From Mytilus edulis (taxonomy: Eukaryota), in NCBI RefSeq assembly GCF_963676685.1, contig NC_092345.1, forward strand, positions 101,680,001 to 101,744,000: a stretch of DNA of 64,000 nucleotides, given 5' to 3'. The notes beneath the pieces were generated by a model. That model saw only the letters and a program-made list of their open reading frames with translations. It was not told the DNA's origin and searched no databases. Both the position numbers and the translations under genes were made by a program. Every line of letters starts with the position of its first letter. Positions within the stretch are counted from its first letter, which is position 1. Shown here in pieces: positions 57,001-63,000 of this stretch.

Positions 57001-60000
57001 AGAGTCCCATAAGTGTTTCTAGGTCCTTTAATATTTCTTCTTTAGACTGAATCAAACCAAGAAATAATGTGCGGAGGTTATCTCCCTGTAATAGTCGATA
57101 ACCTTTCTCTCCACGCTTTCTGTTGACAACAGTTAAAACTTTGGAATCATTGGAAACTACTCTCATCCAATCCTACAAATAAAAGACAGTCATTTAATCA
57201 TTGGAAACTACTCTCATCCAATCCTAAAAGACAGTCATTTAAATGCTTAAAAATTTTCATTATACAATACTTTTATTACAAATTATATGTATGAATTTCA
57301 GTGTAATGTAAAAAAACCTTGTTTAAAATCATAGGTATCCACAAATGTTACCGTCGATTGCCATCATCAATGCACATTTTATAGAAAAAGGAAAAATAAA
57401 ACTAAGAGTAAGCATTTCACAAAGGACTGTATGTATACAGACCTCTATAATATTGATAATAATCTCAAGAGGGTAAGTGTCACAAACACTATTCTCCTTT
57501 GAGGCTTTCACAATAAACTCATCTGATGTACCATGTCTGTATAAACAAACATTATATATATATAATTCTACAGAAATTTGCACTGCATGCAAATATTGCA
57601 AATCTATATTCACTAAAATTGAACTTCTGTAATAATAGTAAACTTTGGAAAGAAAATATAAAACATCAACAAGCTCTAATGCATTCAAACAATACTCATA
57701 TGATTTTAAAGATAAATAACTTACTTTGAACTGTTTGTGAACATTCTCAAACTTTGAATTCTGTCCACCAAATTTTTTAAACAAATCAGGCTTTTCAAAT
57801 ACTTTGAGAAGGTATAGCCACTGAAAAAGAATTTATAAATTCTGTAAAGTATCAATTAAATTTGTAAGGGTTCCTACTTTTGCTGTTAGTCGCAGGTTCA
57901 ACAGAAATGGGGGAAAAAAATATTTAAAATTTTCCTCTTTTGATTGTAAGAAGCTTCTGGTCAAGTGTGGTAAAAAAATTCATAAGGGTTCCGTGGAACC
58001 CAGTGTCTCGCCTACTATTTCTGTAAATCGCATGCTCAACAAAAATGAGGAAATAAATCAATAAAATATTCCTGTTGATACTATCTTTTGATTGTAAGAA
58101 GCTTCTGTCCAAAATTGGTAAAAATCCAGGATAGTTTATGAATCTAATAAATGTTTAAAAACTTTTAACTGCAGACTGAATTTAATGTTTACTGGAAGAA
58201 AACAAAATTTCCTTGTAGATACTAGCCTTTGATCATGAACAAGCTGTCCAAGTTTGGTACAAATCCAAAATAGTATAAGAAAGTTATTGAAATTTTAAAA
58301 CCACAGAGTGAATGTGTTGTTTCCTGGCAGAAAATCTAAGTCCATTTATAAGTTAAATACGGAAAAAATGGAATTTTATTTTTACAAAATTTCCTTCTGG
58401 ATACTATCTTATGATCATAAACAAGCTTCTGTCCACGTTTCCTAGAACTCCAAGATGGTTTAAGAAGGTTATTGAAATTTCAAAAACTTTAACCACAGAG
58501 TGAATATTTGTGGCCGCTGCCGCCACCGTCGACAGAATGAAGGATCGTTTAGTCTCGCTTTTTCGACTAAAGTAAAAGGCTTGACAAAAACCAGGATAGT
58601 TTATGGAAGTTATTAAAATTTCAAAAATTTTTAACCACAGAGTAAATATTTGTGGACGCCGCTGCCCACAACAGAATGTAGGATCGCAATGTCTGGCTTT
58701 TGCTACAAAAGTCACAGGCTTAACATTGTCAAGTCAAGCCTCTGGCCTTTTTTAGTCTTGTATTATTTTAATTTTAGTTTCTTGTGTACAATTTGGAAAT
58801 TAGTATGGAATTCATTATCACTGAACTAGTATATATTTGTTTAGGGGCCAGCTGAGGGACGCCTCTGGATGCGGGAATTTCTCGCTACATTGAAGACCTG
58901 TTGGTGACCTTCTGCTGTTGTTTTTTCTATGGTCAGGTTGTTGTCTCTTTGACACAATCCCCATTTCCATTCTCAATTTTATTGACAATAAAATGTGTTT
59001 AAAGTTCTATAATATTTAAAATATTTTCATTAATGTATTTATAGATGATCCTTGATCATCTCAACGAGATTGATTTTCTCCCTTGAGCCGGTATGGCAAA
59101 CGCGAAAAAAGCAATCAAATTAAGATGATGACCAATGATAATCTGTTTATCGCTATTTTGCCTATGACGACAATGTCAATTTCCTTAGCAACGCCACTTG
59201 CCTTCTTTATTTCTAGCGATAATTTTCCATCTCAAGCTAAAAGCATGATATGAAAATTATCTCAAAAAAAAAGATTAAAGGAAAAATGCACAAAATAGCG
59301 ATAATGTTAAATAATACAATTAAGATATTAAACTTTTCAAAAATATTCACTTGCTTCTGACAAAAAAAAATATTTATGCAAATTGGATTAAAGATTTCAA
59401 AGTGGTTAGGTTGCAGAAAGTAGATAAATCTTATTCATCTATCTTTAATCTAAAGGGTGAGCCATAGGTCTTCAATATCCTTTTTCTCCAGGTAAACCAC
59501 TTTCAAATTATTTCATACGTTTCTTAGCCAGATGAAATACATGACAGATATTTATTTTGTTGGCTGTGTACAACAAGCCTATCATATCGTACCTTTTTCT
59601 GACAGGTGAACCAAAGATCTGTAATTTCTTCCACCTGTTGTAGAGAACTGTTCCAGAATTCTACAGAATGTCTCATGTCCCCCAGATAAGGTGACTGCAT
59701 CATTCCCTTTATACTGATACGAGTATCCTACAACAAAGAGTCAATATGTTACTAATATGAGTCCATTTTTCTATCAATTGGATTGAGTCTGTTTTATGTA
59801 TATTTACATACAAAATTGTAGGACAGAAAATCACAGGACAAAAAGTTACCTACAAAAAGTCATGGACAAAAAGTCATGGACAAAAAGTCACAGTTCAGTT
59901 TTGAGATTATTTTTCTTTAAATAGGAAAACACTTGTTCAAATAAAAAAAATTTGTATTTTTCTTGAACTATAATATATACATCAACTTTGTAACTAAAAT

Positions 60001-63000
60001 TTATTCAAAAAATATTAATAATGATCAAATAATTGTTAAAAAAAACAAAATGTCAAAGTAAACGGCTTCATGACGCCAAGAAATATATCCTTTGTATGTT
60101 AAACATTGAATAAATTTTCATTTATCAAGGCTAATTAACAGTTTCACAAGACTTTTTGTCTTTTTGTCCTAGGACATTTTGTCCTATATGATTTGTGAAT
60201 TTATGTCCTGTGACTATCTGTCCATTTACCACATATATAAATATAATATCAAAATATTCAATTAAGCTAACTTTGCTGAAATAAAGAAAGTAATGGTATA
60301 AAATACTTAGGCCAAAAAGCAAACATCATGGAATGACTTAAAAAAACTATTCCTCAATAATAAATATTAACTGACAAACTTAAAAGTGGTATTGCAAGAG
60401 GTTTTGTAATGGGGTATCTTCATGACGAATAAAGGTACAAATTGTTGCCACATGACTTTAATTGTAATTTTTGGTGCATGACAATAAAATGTACACTTTC
60501 TTTTATAAATAATCGGCTTGTTTTGACAAATCACGTTCATTTTTTCAAAATTATGGTAATGATAATTATTAGAGACCTCTGATGAATCATGATAAGGATA
60601 TATAAACAAATCATAGTAAAATTCTAACTAATTTTCCTCTAACAGTAGTCGTATGACAGTTTGACGCCTGATGGTAAAGGGCATTACTACCCTCTTACAA
60701 TGGTGGCATGGCACACTTTTTCTATCTTCATAGTTGAATTTTCTTTACCTGTAACTGATATTTGAGCTCATCTACTTCAATAAGTTTATAGAAATCATCT
60801 TCAGCAACATTCATTCCTTTAGGGGTTCCTGCCAAAGCAGCAGCTCTTTCTTGACGGTACTTCTCTAACTTTGTACGCCGACGTGGACTTGATGGCTTCT
60901 TGGGAGGTTCTAGAATCGAACAAATACTAAAGTTATTTGGAAGATTCAGAACGCTTGTAAAACAAATACCCGTTAATATCAGAGTTACAAAAGAATTACC
61001 CAGTATGTGAAAATACAAGTTAAAATAAAGAAAGATATGGTAAACTAGAAATATTCCAAGTATAATTAGATGATCGTTCCTAAATAAGTTATAGAATATA
61101 CAGAGAAATAAAAGCAATATTAACATCTTGGTATCAATATAACACAATAAACTTTTAAATGATCTGAAGGCAGTTAAATTATTAGAAGTTAGTTCTGTTC
61201 TCTACTAAATGTATTTTATACTTTATTCATAAGTTTCACTTCATATAAAATCTTTTTTTTATTTTCTAAAATGTGAATGGAAATGAAATTGTACTGGGTC
61301 ATTGTCCTGTTACCTTTCCATATTGTATGATTTTTAAAATGGTAATGAATTATTAGTTTAAACACAAATCCATCCCAAATTCATAAATATTAAAAGCCCC
61401 ATTAACAAACGGCATACACAATTAATTGTTGTGAAATTTCTTTTTATATAAATGGAAAAAATAAATATTGCAATACATGGCTTTCATTGGAATGTCTCAA
61501 TTATGATTATAATTACTTATTTCAAAAATAAATACTGAGTTACCAATTCTATAATTGTTCTGCATTTCATAATGAAATTATTGTTGTAATTTTTTGTACC
61601 AAGAGTAGCTATTTGATAAGTCATCTAATGCTAAGTCTCTAACAGCAAGATAAAGTAGTACACTATTTGCATAGTAAGTCAGATTTAAAAAAAATATGAA
61701 CAGACAAACAAAGAATATCAAAGTTAGATTTAGAAAAAAAACAGACAGAAAAAGATAAGAATTTTTTATTGTGAACAAAACAGTGCCATAATAAATTTTA
61801 TCTATAATTTTTTTTCAACAACTTTTTTTTATTTCATGACCAAAAGTAATTCTATATGCCCCAAACATACTCATGAATGTGTTCATACAGAACAACTCTG
61901 GACAAAACTTATCTCATTATCATTTAAACAGCAAAATGAAGGCTTTTTTCAAAAGATTTTTTTAAACATAAACTGTTATAAAAAAAATTGGAAAAATTTA
62001 TCTTGGCACATAAGATAAAGAGTGTTAACAAAATCTGAAACAAAACAACAATGTACATAAAATAATTCTTGTGACAACAATTAAATAACAAATGTTTATG
62101 GGATTATACCTACAACCTGGTAATATTAAAAGGGGTGAGGGATATCACACAATAATTACCAGCAATGCTCTGAAGGTCCAATTCACGTTCAGCTTCTGTT
62201 AGTAACAAAGTAAAACTACACTATGTACAATTACAATTATATTATGTATCTAATACACATTCGTTCTTCATACTTTTGATGGTCATTATTCTTCTATATC
62301 TACTTTTAAACAAAGTACCAGTCATACTGGATTTCCATTTATAGAACTTTTTATTTAAACGTATTAAAACTCTTTGAAAATAAAATCTCCATGCATCCTT
62401 CTTAAGTCTAAAATACATATAAATTGTTGCCAAAATTTTTCGTTTTCAGTGACACTTTAAAGGAATATTTATGTTCAGCATTTTTAGATGAAATGTTACC
62501 AACAAAATTATTTACACTGAGCTGTTTTTCTTGATCCTATACAATAACTATCTACATCTATGTACTTTATTAGTATTACCCAGAAATCTAATATTAACTG
62601 TGCAAATGACAATACTGCTCTATACCAAGCCCCGAACTTTTCAAAACCTCAATCATACCAGAAAACTCTTATTTTTTAGATAAGTAACCTTGATTTTGAT
62701 ATGATAGCCAGTGAATTATTCCTGTATTTTCTTTTATCAGTTAAATATTGTTCACATTTCCCCATCATAGCTGTGCATGCATATTTTGAAAAAGTATGTA
62801 TGCAGTCCCAATACTGATATAGTCTTGAACAATAAACACTGTCATACATATATATTACCAATTTGATACAACATACATGCAATGTTTGCTTTGAGATATA
62901 TATATATATATATACTGACCAGTCTTAAATGCTTTATCTATAGTCCTCAACAACATCTACATATTACTAGGGAAATCAGCAAAAATAGGCAAATTTTAAT

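Noticed and set aside
61600-61638. Possible microexon DLALDDLSNSYS
   Set aside because: The 39-nt version has a stop in phase 1 and the 37-nt version shifts the frame; the donor GTACAA is weak.
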